A stretch of DNA of 64,000 bases, taken from Felis catus (taxonomy: Eukaryota). Position 1 is the stretch's first letter. Each line of letters begins with the position of its first letter. The stretch lies in assembly GCF_018350175.1 (NCBI RefSeq), contig NC_058368.1:29142001-29206000 (forward strand), given 5' to 3'. Shown piece after piece: positions 1-12,547 of this stretch. Under the pieces are notes generated by a model. That model saw only the letters and a list, made by a program, of their open reading frames with translations, was not told the DNA's origin and searched no databases. The position numbers and the translations under genes were made by a program.

Positions 1-18
1 CTGACAATCAGTCCTTTA

Positions 19-246
19 TTTTTTTTTTAATTTTTTTTTCAACGTTTTTTATTTTATTTTTGGGACAGAGAGAGACAGAGCATGAACGGGGGAGGGGCAG
101 AAAGAGAGGGAGACACAGAATCGGAAACAGGCTCCAGGCTCTGAGCCATCAGCCCAGAGCCTGACACGGGGCTCGAACGCCCGGACCGCAAGATCGTGAC
201 CTGGCTGAAGTCGGACGCTTAACCAACTGCGCCACCCAGGCGCCCC
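19..246 (-). mobile_element. Young felid Can-SINE with 16-bp TSD
   Basis: GGGGCGCCTGGGTGG head, CT-rich body and A tail; TSD gacaatcagtccttta at 3-18 and 247-262. Confidence 0.92.
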
Positions 247-721
247 GACAATCAGTCCTTTAATAACAATTCTCACCTCAAGACCTGGAAGGAGCCTTTC
301 TAGTTCTTCTGGAATGCTCTTTGCCCAAATATCTGATCTGCAAAGCCATTCAAACATCATCTCATTAGAAATGCCTTCTTAGTCCTTCCCACTTAAAAAC
401 AGTAAGCCATTCTCAATCACTCTATTTGGTGTAGAGTTCTACATACATAATAGCTCAAGGGAATTGTACAATTTATGTTCAATAACTGCTCTCTACTTCT
501 CTTTCTCTCAGCTTCAGTTTTTGAGGGGGAGAAATGTGTATTAAAACCTCTAACTATAATTGTTGATATTTCTATTTCTCCAGTTCACTGCTTTTGCTTG
601 ATATAATGTAAGGGTATGTTAAGTGCATATAAGTTCAATAATAGATACTTAGTATTTTTTTCCAGATAAAATTGACATATTAGTCTCAGGTGTACATGAT
701 TCAAGATAGATATATACATTC

Positions 722-754
<33 letters not shown>

Positions 755-1007
755 TGATTGCAATGTTTAATTAGCGTTAAACATAATTATTAACATTAGT
801 TAATAGATATATACTTAGTATTTTTTTCCAGATAAAATTGACATATTAGTCTCAGGTGTACATGATTCAAGATATATATATATAATCGCAATGTTTAGTT
901 AACATCATCACCATACAGTTAAACATTTTACCATTAATTTTTTACAGTTTAATTTTCAGCATTAAAAATTCATTTTTAAAAAAATTCATATTTTTTAAAC
1001 CAATATA

Positions 1008-1323
1008 CAGTTGAACAAAGCAGGGGTTAATGGTATTGACCCCCTACGCAACTGAAAATCCTGAGGTATTGACTTCTGACTATCCAAAAACTGCTAAGCC
1101 TACTGTTGATCAGAAGCCTTACCAATGACAAAAAATTGATTAACATATATTTTGTATGTTATATTATACATTGTATTCCTACAATAAAGTAAGCTAGAGA
1201 AAAGAAAATGTTAAGAAAATCATAAATACAATACTTCTACAGTACTATACTGTATTTATAAAAACAAGTCAATGTATAAAAAGATCTATGCAGTTCAAAC
1301 CCATGTTATTCAGGAGCCAACTG
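1008..1323 (+). mobile_element. Tigger2a-like DNA transposon relic
   Basis: CAGTTG...CAACTG termini; internal sequence resembles recalled Tigger2a consensus. Confidence 0.65.
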
Positions 1324-1746
1324 TGTAATAATGTCTCTGTTATTATATTTTGCATTAAATTCTCTTATTTGGACTACTATTCCACCTTATTTTGGCTCAT
1401 TTTAGCCTGCTATATCTATTTCTATCCTTTTATTTAAATTTTTGTTTCTAGGTGTCTCTTGTAAACGATTAATACAACCAGAATCTTCTATTTGGTTACT
1501 TAACCCATTCATATTTACTTGTAATCAGTGCTACATCCAAATTTCTGCCACTTTATTTTCCATTTACTGTAATCTTTCTCTGTTCACTCTTTCTGCTTCC
1601 CACTAGACAAACTGAGTTACTTCTTATTTTTGTTTTACATTTTATTTGTATTCTTACAGTAGTTTTTATAATCAAATTCATGTTTGTTTACTCAATTTCT
1701 TAATCTTTTCAATCTCTGTAACTTCCTTTTAACAAGAGGCATTATA

Positions 1747-1950
1747 GGCGCACCTGGGTGACTCAATCAGTTAAGCATCTGACTTTGGCTCAGGTCATGA
1801 TCTCGTGGTTCATGGGTTCAAGCCCCTTGTCAGGCTCTGTGCTGACACCTCAGAGCCTGGAGCTTGTTTCGGATTCTGTGTCTCCCTCTCTCTCTGCCCC
1901 TCTCCCTGCTCATGCTCTTTCTCAAAAATCAACATTAAAAAAAAAAAAAA
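1747..1950 (+). mobile_element. Can-SINE
   Basis: tRNA-derived head, CT tract, poly(A). Confidence 0.88.
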
Positions 1951-3158
1951 GGCATTTTAACTCTCTTGTCTTAGTCAATACCTCCAACTCCAATCATGAT
2001 AGTAATGCCTAGAATTTTAACAGTTGTAAAGTTTCTCTAAAGATAACAGTACAGTTTACAAAAATACTTGATTACTTTTCTTCCATATCTCTTGTAGCAT
2101 CTTCCAGATTTTGTATCTTTTAATATTGCTCCGAAAGCATTTTTTGTGATAACATTTGTAAGGAGAAATCTTCTGAGGTCTGTATACTTGAGGATATTTA
2201 TGCTGTCGCATTCCAACACTAATTTGGCTGGATATAAAATTTTAAATTCAAAGGTATTTTTCTTCAAAAAATCCAGAGGGAATGTTTTCTTCAATATGCA
2301 GTGATGCCTTTCATAAATCTGCTTCTCTTTCCTTTGAGAATAATCTGCTCTTTTTCTCTGTAAACTTTGAGACTATTTTCTCTGATATTCTAAAATTTCA
2401 CTATAATCAACACTACTCTCATACTGTGCTTGATTATTCTTCATGGTAGTTATCACTACCTAATATCATATCCTATATGTTTCTCTCTCCTCCCACTAGA
2501 AAAAAAAAACTCCATGAAAATAGGATTTAATTTTGTTCACTACTGTGTATGTCATACCTAGAATAGTGTGACACATAATAGGTGTTCAATAAATACAAAC
2601 TGAGTTATGGTTCTTTATCTTCTAGGCTTTGCCCATGAAACTCATTCAGTTCCTCAAGAAAGAAATCACAAGAAACTTGAAGCCAAATTCTTAAATTACC
2701 ACATTATGCCTTGACTCTGTGTCTGTTCCTATCTGTTCTGATAAACTTGGCAGGTTCACCCAAGACAAAGGACTTCTCACTTTTCTCTTGAGACTAGACA
2801 CTTCTCTAAGTATTTGGGTCTCAGATGCCTGTCCTTTAGCTTTCTGAACTGTAAAGGGCAATCTGCCAAGGTCGGAGGCAGGCAGGGTGGCGATAAGAGG
2901 TGGGGGGGGGGGGTGGGACATGACACACCCTTGCCTCCCTTAACTAAGAAGGATCCCCAACCATATCCCAGGATTATTTAATGTTTACACTCAAAGTGGG
3001 ATGGGAGTAGGGAGAACAGATACAACCTCTATCCGCTGACTAGATTTCACCCTGTATCCTGCCTTCCATACCTTGAACCTGACTCCTCACATTTCAAGTG
3101 TATCCACCCAATAATTCTCAGAAACCCTAAATGATCCCAATGGAATACTTTTTAAAAG

Positions 3159-3159
<1 letters not shown>

Positions 3160-3189
<30 letters not shown>
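3160..3189 (+). repeat. (CTG)10 microsatellite
   Basis: Read directly. Confidence 0.95.
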
Positions 3190-3384
3190 AAAAAAATAAA
3201 AATAAAGAAAAAATTTAAAGACTGCCACTGCAGCACAAATTCCACATTAATTACAATTAACGGGAATCTCTATGCAAGTGGCTTCTTGCTGAAAGTAACA
3301 TAACACATTACAGATTTGCCAGGATTATTTAATGACAAAGGTTACCTAGTTCTAAAATTATTAAAACACTAAAAAAGAAGTCAA

Positions 3385-4772
3385 GCTGCTGTGGCACCAG
3401 AGTTTATTGGTAGGTGTTTATTCTTTAATAACCAACTTTCTTTTTAAAAACTTGTAAAAATTAAGATGATTAAGTTTTTATTCCCTCAAAGAAAAAGGAA
3501 AAACATCTTGTAAAAAATATTTTGTGTGAAGTAATAACACAAATACAAATAAGCAACTGTGTACAAAATAATTTATTACAGCATATATAGGTTGGCATTA
3601 TTTTACAGTGAGTTTTTTTTTTCTCTTAACAATTATGAATCTAAACAGCTTAGAGTGAAGGAAAATCATTTTAATTAGAATGGCTTCTCTAAATAAAATC
3701 TCCCTTTTTGAATTTGTATTTGCCTCAAAGGGAAGTATTAATATTAGACATATTTACACAATTCTGAAAGAAATCTACTGAATGATTCCATTATTGTTTT
3801 CTGTACAGACAGAACAAAAACCTTTACCCCCTCCCAAAAAAATATTGCTGAACCATGTTTTAATAATTACACTAACAAGAGTTTTAAAGTCTCATTTTGC
3901 TGATACAAAACCATTTAATAGTCAATGCCTGGCTGTAATAGTAAGAACGAATGTTTCCTTGTCATTTGCATTCTTCCCGATTATGCTCCCTTGAAGCACA
4001 CTGTTCAGATATCAAATACTTGTTGACACGCAAGCAATTTAGTCAAGGAAGCATAAGTCTTACCCGGGAGTCTTTAAAAGACTGGTCCAGAGATAGGCAA
4101 CAAACTTACCAGTGAATTTCCATGATTAAGAAGCAAACCAATCCCCACATTCTGAATCATCTACATAAAACTGGAGTACCCTTACTCAGTAGAAAGTATC
4201 ATTTTCATGGATACTAAAAAAGAAGTGGTAAATCGTGAAAAAAATTAAGGTGGAAGGAAGGGCAAACTGAAATAAGTTTTAAAATAAACCCCAGCGTCTG
4301 CCAAAAAAAGTTCCATATTGTTTTTAACAGTTAACACTTTATAACTGACATGCTTTAATTAAAAGGCAAGCAAATAAACAAATACAACAAACCAGTAAGA
4401 GATCAAAACATAGTTTCTGAAACCAGCATCTAAAGAAAATAATACAGTGGGGCTGTATACAACTTAGCTTAGTAAGAAATTATATTTATGATACAGAAGT
4501 GACAGCACCCATCACAATGCTGATAATTTGAAAGTTTAAGAAAACTGTACAAGTATAAACAGGTAATTTTTAACAGATGTTTATGTAAATTGGCAGAGTC
4601 AGATAAAGAATAAAATAAGCTTACAGAATACTCCATTTAAAAATTCTATCCAAAAAAAAAAAAATTCTATCCAATTATTTCATTTCATATCTATATTAAA
4701 ATACACCCTGAAAAAGAAACCCTGATCTGAATTCAGCTCTGAGTCTTACAGGAGTCAACCTTCTGTGGGATT
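3385..4772 (-). other. NAA16: NAA16 3' UTR (~1.4 kb, 3' end approximate)
   Basis: AU-rich, largely repeat-free sequence between the stop codon and a cluster of AATAAA signals. Confidence 0.65.
3403..3577 (-). terminator. Cluster of four AATAAA poly(A) signals (3403-3408, 3417-3422, 3477-3482, 3572-3577)
   Basis: TTTATT on the + strand. A U-rich downstream element (CTTCTTTTTTAGTGTTTT) lies ~20-40 nt past the last signal. Confidence 0.65.
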
Positions 4773-4970
4773 TCAAATCTCATTTGCCAAGACATCATAG
4801 TTAGCTGTGTGGTTTAGTGCCACATTGTGACTGTCGACCTCATTCACAACGGGCAGGAAAGCGGAAGTAAAAGGAAGCAGGTTATGACAGGCCATCCTGT
4901 ATTCTTCATACTGGGAATTACAGTTCCCAAAGCTGCCATCAAGCAGTGCCTCAGAAACCTTTATTAAAGT
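4773..4970 (-). CDS. NAA16: NAA16 exon 20 coding part (198 nt including TGA): TLIKVSEALLDGSFGNCNSQYEEYRMACHNLLPFTSAF...DVLANEI*
   Basis: Acceptor TCATAG; stop TGA at 4773-4775. Confidence 0.95.
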   Translation of the reverse strand, partial: TLIKVSEALLDGSFGNCNSQYEEYRMACHNLLPFTSAFLPVVNEVDSHNVALNHTANYDVLANEI

Positions 4971-5356
4971 CTATGAGAAAAGGGGAAAATAATAATTATT
5001 TTTAAGAGAAAATGTTGGTTAACCATCACTTTAATCAAAAGATGCAATTTGTTAATTAAGCAAAAGAAAACTGGTGTGGCCTCAGTGTAAAAGAACTTCT
5101 TGCTACCCACAGTAAGAAATCACCTCAAAACAGGAACACTTTAGAAATCAAATCGACAGAGCCTTAAAAAAGCGATATGCTTCTAATACTTGAAAAAGTG
5201 AATCTCTGAACCTAATCACTAAACTGGAAATATCCTTTATTAACAACAATCAATAGTTCCCATGTACTGAGTGTTTACTGTGTGCCAGGCAGGTGCCAAG
5301 CCCTTCAGTTTATCATCTCAATTAACCCTTAAACCAAGTACATGAGGTCAGTAGTA

Positions 5357-5918
5357 CAGACACCTCGTGTTATTGTGCCCGCTCTGCTGTGCTTTGCAGA
5401 TACTGTGTAGCAACCCTACACTGAGCGAGTCTATCAGTACCATTTTTCCAACAGCGTTTGCTCACTTTGTGTCTCTATGTCACATTTTGGTAATTCTTGC
5501 AAATATTTCAAGCTTATTCATGATTATTATATTTGTTATGATGATCTGTGATCAGTGATTACGACTCGCTGAAAGCTCAGATGATGCTTAGTATTTTTTA
5601 GTAACAGGTTTCTTTTTTTAAATTAAGTAGGCTCCACACCCAACATGGGGCTTGAATTCATGACCCTGACATCAAGAGTCACACCCTCACTGACTAAGCC
5701 AGCCAGGAGCACCGTAATAAACTATTTTTTTAATTAAGGTATGCACATTGTTTTTTAGACATAACACTTTTGCATACTTAACAGACTACGGTACAGTACG
5801 AACAGAACTTTTATAGGCACTGGAAAACCAAAACATTGATTTGACTCACTTTAGTGTGATATTCACTTTATTTGCAGTGGTCTGGAGCAGAACCCACAGT
5901 ATCTCCCAGGTATGCCTG
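5357..5918 (+). mobile_element. Internally deleted Tigger1-type element with a short SINE nested at ~5608-5712
   Basis: TA|CAG... and ...GGTATGCCTG|TA termini with TA target duplication. Confidence 0.75.
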
Positions 5919-6094
5919 TATTTTCACCCTCGTCGTATGAGGAAAAGGAAGCTAAGAAATGGAAACTTGCCTAATGTGACCCAGATCCAGACCCAACTCT
6001 GAAGGCCCACTTAAGAATTAGGTTGTAAAGACACACATTTTGCCAGATCACTCAGTATCCATCAATTTGTAAAACTTATTCTGAAAAATCTTAC

Positions 6095-6192
6095 CTTTAC
6101 ATTTTTATCTTTTATAGTTTCATCCAGTCTAGTGGCAATAGCAATTGCTTTTTCTTGCCTTGACTTGTCCAAAAAATACATCATTTTAGCAC
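6095..6192 (-). CDS. NAA16: NAA16 exon 19 (98 nt): GAKMMYFLDKSRQEKAIAIATRLDETIKDKNVK
   Basis: Manual translation; TTTCAG / GTAAGA. Confidence 0.94.
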
Positions 6193-6295
6193 CTGAAATA
6201 CCAAGACACTACAAAATGAGCAAACTCCTATATCTTACAATTGATTTGATTGACATTAACCAGTGGCTTAAAATCTGGTTCCAATGACTTAAAGT

Positions 6296-6485
6296 CAGCA
6301 GTGAGTTGGAGCTGCCTCCTACCAGAACTCGTGAGCCAGGTACAGTGTCTCTTCCCAACTCCCAATTTAATGGCATCCTCTTGACAGCCTGGCACCACAA
6401 TGGGAGTGCTTGTAAACGGCAAAACACTACAAAGCAGGGCTTCTGTCACAAAGAGATGGTTGTTAAACATTTACCAGGAGACCAG
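6296..6485 (+). mobile_element. MER63A-like hAT relic
   Basis: Motifs tctcttcccaactcc and gttgttaaacatttaccag match recalled consensus. Confidence 0.55.
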
Positions 6486-6702
6486 ATTTAACAACCGATC
6501 CTTCCCCAAAGAAACATTATCACTGGAAATATAAATATGGGCTGCCCCGTAGTATCAATCGACATTTCAGCTAAAATAATTTTAAGATGATACGCTAAAG
6601 TAATACATCTAAGGAACAAATTACTGTCACAGAGAAGTGTGGTGGAGGGGCAAAAGGAAAATGGTTGCATGTTCACAAAGAAAATAAGTATTTTTTAAAG
6701 CT

Positions 6703-7783
6703 TTTTTTTTATCCTTATTCCTATGTAATTTTTCTGCATCTACTGAAATGATCATATGGTTTTTATCCTTTCTCTCTTACTGATGTGATGTATCGCACAG
6801 ACTGATTTACAAATAGTGAACCACCCTTGCAAGCCAGGAAGAAATCCCACTTGATCATGGTGAATGAATTTTTAATGTATTGTTGGACATGGTTTGCTAA
6901 TATTTTGTTGAAGACTGTTACAAGTATGTTCATCAGGGATACTGGCCTGTAGTTTTTTGTTTTTTGTCTTTATCTGGTTTTAGTATAGGGTAATGCTGGC
7001 CTCATAGAATGAATCTGGAAGTTTTTCTTCCTCTTCTGTTTTTGGGAATAGTTTAAGAATAGGTATCAACTCCTCTTTAAATGTTTGAAGTCGCCTGGTC
7101 CTGGACTTTTGTTTGTTGGGAATTTTTTGATTACTGATTCAGTATCATTACTGGGTAATTAGTTTGTTCAAATTTTCTGTTTTTTCTGGATTCAGTATTA
7201 GGAGGTTATGTTTCTAGGAATTTGTCCATTTCTTGTAGGTTGTCCATTTGGTTGGCATGTGCCTTTTCATAGTATTCTCTTACAGTCCTTTTTATTTCTA
7301 TGGACTCGGTTGTTATTTCTCCTCTTTCACTTCTGATTTTGAGTCCTTTTTCCTTTTTTTTTTTTTTTTTGAGTCTGGCTAAAGGTTTATCAATTTTGTT
7401 GATCTCTTCAAAGAAGCAACTCCTGGTGTCATTGATCTCTTCTATTGGTTTTCAGCTTCTATTTCATTTATTTCTGCTCTAATCTTTATTATTTTCTTCT
7501 ACTAGCTTCATGCTTTGTTTGCTCTTCTTCTGTCTCCTTTGCGTGTTAAGATTAGGTTGTTTATTGGACAGTCTTCTTGCTTCTTGATGTTGCCCTGTGT
7601 TGCTATCAACTTCTCTCTTAGAACAGCTTTTGCTGCATCCCCAAAATTTTGCACCATGTGTTTTCATTTTCATTTTTTTCCATGTATTTTTTTATTTCCT
7701 CTTTGATTTCTTGGTTGACCCATTCATTGTTTATTACAATTTTATTTAACCTCCATGTATCTGTGTTCTTTCTACATCTTCCA
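6703..7783 (-). mobile_element. Internal L1 ORF2 fragment (post-endonuclease region to start of RT)
   Basis: Remnant peptides TWRLN...NEWVNQEIKEEIKK and [10 protein letters not shown]. Confidence 0.85.
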
Positions 7784-8667
7784 GAAAATGCTTGCATATT
7801 CACAAAGAACATATTTTTAAAGCTATTTTTCAGTAAAATTCAGTTTACATTTCTCCTGTAAATTTTGGAGATTTTTGTTTCACACCTGGGGTATATGGGC
7901 TCAAAGCTCTTAATTTCACCATTAGTTCCAGCTAGGGTAATGGGATAATGACCATTTTGGGTAGTGATGCAGGCTCACAGCAAGCTGGCTCATTCATTCA
8001 CCATTCACTAAGCTACTACGCCTGGCTCTATACTGGACAATGTAGGAGACACATTAGTGACCAAGACAGCTCCAAGCCTTGCCCTCAGGGGTTCCCAGGA
8101 CAGCACATCAGACAGTGCCAACCAGTGTGTCAGCACTGGGATGAGGAGGTACAGGCAGAGGGGTCAAGGCCAGGGAGGGGGGAAAGGGGATACTTCTGGT
8201 CAGAAACACCACAACGTATGGTATCTCTAAATAAGACCTTTTGCTGGGCACTGGGTACACAAGTGACCAAGAGAGATGTGTTCCTTCCCTTTCAGAATGG
8301 AGGCAACCAGTATTCATTCAATTAATAACCTCTTTCTCCATAACGGTATCTCCTGGTCCATGTTCTATGCTCATTTTTCTACTGGCCTTTAATCAATTTA
8401 TATTTTTTATTGCTAATCTATAAGAACTCTACATATATTATTAGCCTTTTATTAGTTACATATCTATAAATATTTTTTTTCCAATTGGCCTTTTGACTTT
8501 CTTTTTTTATTTTTTATTTATTAAGTAACCTCTAACCCCAACATGGGGCTAAGAACTCACAACCCCAAAATCAAGAGTCGCACACTCTACCCACTGAGCC
8601 AGCCAGCCTGGTCTTTTGACTTTTTTTTATGGTGTTTTAACTTTTATGTGGCAACATTTAACTTTTA

Positions 8668-8910
8668 GGGGCGCCTGGGTGGCGCAGTCGGTTAAGCGTC
8701 CGACTTCAGCCAGGTCACGATCTCGCAGTTCGTGAGTTCGAGCCCTGTGTCAGGCTCTGGGCTGATGGCTCGGAGCCTGGAGCCTGTTTCCGATTCTGTG
8801 TCTCCCTCTCTCTCTGACCCTCCCCCGTTCATGCTCTGTCTCTCTCTGTCCCAAAAATAAAGAAAATAAAAAAAATAAAAAATAAATAAAACAAAAAAAA
8901 ACCAAAAAAC
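8668..8910 (+). mobile_element. Young Can-SINE (a short minus-strand SINE lies at ~8500-8606)
   Basis: Canonical head, body and tail. Confidence 0.9.
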
Positions 8911-10016
8911 TTTTCCTTAGAATTTCACATAATATTTGGGAAGGTATTTCCCTAAAAACAATAAAAAAATGTTTTCGTCCATTATCCTGTGTTCTTGAGG
9001 AGAAGTTCTTATTTCCCTTTGTACCAAGAAGTTGCAGTTTTTCACAGGAATTAACTTTTTTTCCCATAGACATCAGAATCAAGAAGTTTCCCTTTAGAAC
9101 AAGAAAGCTTAAATTAAAATATTTAAGTATATGCTTAACGTAGGAGCTTAGTTAACTATATTATGTACTTCATTTTGTCTCCAATTCCTCATCCACAATC
9201 TTTTGTCCAGTTTACCATCTTGTCCATCCAAGCCATTTTGTCATTTTATGAAACTGAATAAACTCCCTAAAATCCTTCTGTACAGGCAGGATATAAGTAA
9301 ATCCTCAAAATATAAAATATGGCAAGTAATAAAAACACAAGAAAAAATAAATCACTCATAACCACAACACACGAAGGCAACCATTAAAGCTTTCATATGT
9401 ATTTCTTTTCAGCCTTTATCCCATGTATTATTTTTTACAGTTGAAATTATATTGTATGTTACTTCTGTGTACGTGTTATGAAATTATTTACCCCCATTAT
9501 TACAAATCATCCAAATTAACATCCCTTTACAGGACTGCTGGGTTTTCCATTCCACTACAAACCTGCTACTATTTCCCCTACTATCAGACATACATCAACT
9601 TTGTTTCCATTCTTTTCCCCACACTTAACAGCATTTCAGTTAACGTCTTTGCGCTTAAAGCTCTATCTCTGCTTTGGATTAATTCTTTAAAATTATTTAC
9701 AAAAGTATGATGGCAGCGAAAATCACAGATAATGTGACGCTCCTCATAAGAGGACAGGTTGCTTTCCTAAATGGCCGGGCCAGTTTACATTCACAGCAGC
9801 GAGATACAAGAGTGCTTACCCACCACATCTTTACCGTACTTCCGTCTCCTTTTTCCAAACAAACAGACCTTCCTTAACTGGAAAGATCAAAAATGGTATT
9901 GCGTTCATTTCTACTGCTAGGATAACTTGTGAGGTTGAACATCTTTCCAAACGTTTATTTTCACCACATTCTAACCCTTTCCAGAACTGTTTTACCCCTG
10001 GGAGTCCAATACCAAC

Positions 10017-10160
10017 CTGAAAGTAGGTGCTGAAGAGAGGTAGCATTGTGTCTGAGAAAATCCTCATTAAAACTTTCCAAATCCTTGTTGACAAATATCT
10101 TCTGCATTTCTTGAGATAGAACTTTACTCACAATGTCTGGAAGATTACTATGATTAGACA
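10017..10160 (-). CDS. NAA16: NAA16 exon 18 (144 nt): VSNHSNLPDIVSKVLSQEMQKIFVNKDLESFNEDFLRHNATSLQHLLS
   Basis: ORF 9961..10161; TTATAG / GTTGGT. Confidence 0.93.
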
Positions 10161-10488
10161 CTATAAAAACAAAACATTTGGAATTGAAAAAATTTTTAAT
10201 CTATCCTTTGAAACAAAATCAATGGAAATACATTTATATTTGTTATTAAGCTTGATACATTTCACACAGTAAAAATATTGCTCCTTTGGAATACTAAATG
10301 TATTCTAGCTTAAAAATGCACTAATTTCTAACATATCTTTGCTAGCATGTTTAATTTATAAACATACCACAAATATTATCCTTTCCTTGCTTTACATTAT
10401 TGCAAATCTCTTTAATGTCCAGCTTAATGAGAGGCCTCTGAACTGTCATACTTGCTTTTACATAAATATTACCTTTTTTCATACTTAC

Positions 10489-10587
10489 CAGATTTAGAAA
10501 ATTTAATTAAGCATTCATGTAACCATGGGTTATTACTGTTGATGGCAAAAGCTCGTTTGACAGACTGCAGCATTAACAGAAACTTCC
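10489..10587 (-). CDS. NAA16: NAA16 exon 17 (99 nt): [33 protein letters not shown]
   Basis: Manual translation; ACACAG / GTAAGT. Confidence 0.95.
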
Positions 10588-11022
10588 CTGTGTCAGAAAA
10601 ACATGGAAAGGTAACAGCATCAAATATTTATCTATGTTATTTTAGTCACTTTATTTTAGCCTCACTTAAATTCCAGTAACAAAATGTTACCTTTCCTATA
10701 ACATTCATAAGTAAAATTCAAAGCTGACTTTGGTTATCAAAGACAACTTTTATTTTCTAAAGAAAAGTTTGAAATCATGTAGAACTGCTTCAGGTAAACA
10801 ATTTGTATGACTGTTCAAACTCTTCTTAAAAGGGATTTGAACATAATTTTCTAACTAGTTACCCCAAAAAGTTTTGAGTAGCAAAGGAAAAAGGGATTGG
10901 GAGCCTTTTTGGAAGGCTGAAATGGATCTTTAAGAAACAAAAATCAATCTAACTTGATAAAGATTATGCTGAATATGGTCACCAATATAAGTAAGGATTA
11001 ACAACTGAATTCAAACTATTAC

Positions 11023-11131
11023 CTTTTCTAAAATATATTTCAAATGCTAATAGATGAGTGTCAATGTTATCAGCAACAAGGTTCTTAAGAGGTATAAGGA
11101 ACTTGATAGCTTCTTCTAATGGATTTTCTAT
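11023..11131 (-). CDS. NAA16: NAA16 exon 16 (109 nt): [36 protein letters not shown]
   Basis: Manual translation; AAATAG / GTAATA. Confidence 0.94.
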
Positions 11132-11654
11132 CTATTTTGAAACAGAAAGGAAAATTATTACATTTAAAAACAGCTACACAAGTCAGTTTCCCCCAAAATC
11201 TCATATTAATATGTCTCTAAAGTAATTTACCATTCTCTGTATATGACGAAATAAGCAAGAAAACATTTTAAAACTATCATCTGTAAACAAATTCAAAATA
11301 GTAATTTCAAAATGGATATGGCTCTATTGTTTCTTGTGATTATTAAATCATTATAATCTCATAAAAATCCAAAAAAATACAGGAAATTATTCCATAGGCT
11401 TAAGGAGATGGGACACCAAATACTGATAGCCCCTTATTCTTCAAACATCTATAGTAAAGAGGCAAATATAACTGTATCATGTGACTGGAAAAAATGACAA
11501 ATTTGAAATACTTACACTAGATTCTATAGTGAATAAACCTGAACACTAAATATTTCCCTAAACCTGGTCCCTAAATAACTACCAACACTTTGAGAAAATC
11601 CCAGCCAGGAAGTGCTTTCTCTTTGTAGCTAAAACATATCAATATATATAAAAT

Positions 11655-12162
11655 GTTTCCAGATGTAATAATTATATTGCTGCTGTAACACATTACCAAC
11701 AAGTTAGTGTTCATAAAACAACACCTATTCATTATCTTGCAGTTCTGTAGGTCAGAAGTCCAACATGGGTCTGGCTGGGCTTAAAAATCAAGGTGCCAGC
11801 AGGACCACCTCCCTTTTGGAGGTTTGAAGGGAGAGTATGTTTCAAGGCCCTTTCAGCTCCTCAAAGCTGCCCACAATCTCCATTTGTGGCTCCCTCATTC
11901 CCTCTTCAAAACCAGTAACAGGCTGAGTTCTCCTTACAGGACTCCAACCCTCTCCTGTCTCCCTCTACTCTAAAGATCCACTGTGATTACATTGGGCTCC
12001 CCAGACAATCCAAGCTAACCTCCTTATTTGAAGGCCAGCTAATTACAATCATAAATCCCATCTGCCACCTTTATTCCCCTTTGCCATGTAATGGAACATA
12101 TTCCCAAATTCCAGGGATTAGGATGTGAAGAGATTTAAAGGGACATTATGCTGCCTACCACA
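11655..12162. mobile_element. MLT1-type MaLR solo LTR
   Basis: Motifs cagttctgtaggtcagaagtcc, gattacattggg and terminal ctgcctaccaca. Confidence 0.7.
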
Positions 12163-12353
12163 ACTACAATTCTACATATAATCTGCATTAACCAAAATTT
12201 GCGTATTATCACTCAAAACTAACTGACTAGTATCATGACCTTGAAATATTACAAACGGCTTCTGATCTACAGATGTAATTAAAACACGTTCGTGACCAAA
12301 ACAGAACCAAGTAACATAAATTCTACCAAATCAAGACAGTAAATTTATCTCAC

Positions 12354-12547
12354 CCTTTCTAATTTTTCAGGTATAAGTTCTTCTTTGAGACCACTGCCTT
12401 CTTCTTCTTCTTCATCTCTTTTTTTCTTTTGATTTTTTTGTTGACGTTCCCTTTCCGCATGCTTTCTCTCTTCTTCCAGTTTAGCCTTTTTCTGAGCTCT
12501 TCTCTGCTTGCTAAGCATTTTCTTCAACTCTTTGGCTGACAAGTTTT
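12354..12547 (-). CDS. NAA16: NAA16 exon 15 (194 nt): highly charged helix [29 protein letters not shown]...PEKLER
   Basis: ORF 12345..12692; TTGTAG / GTGAGA. Confidence 0.96.

Noticed and set aside
7948..8325. 125-aa plus-strand ORF
   Set aside because: Overlaps L2-like repeat sequence, is antisense to NAA16 and has no recognisable domain.
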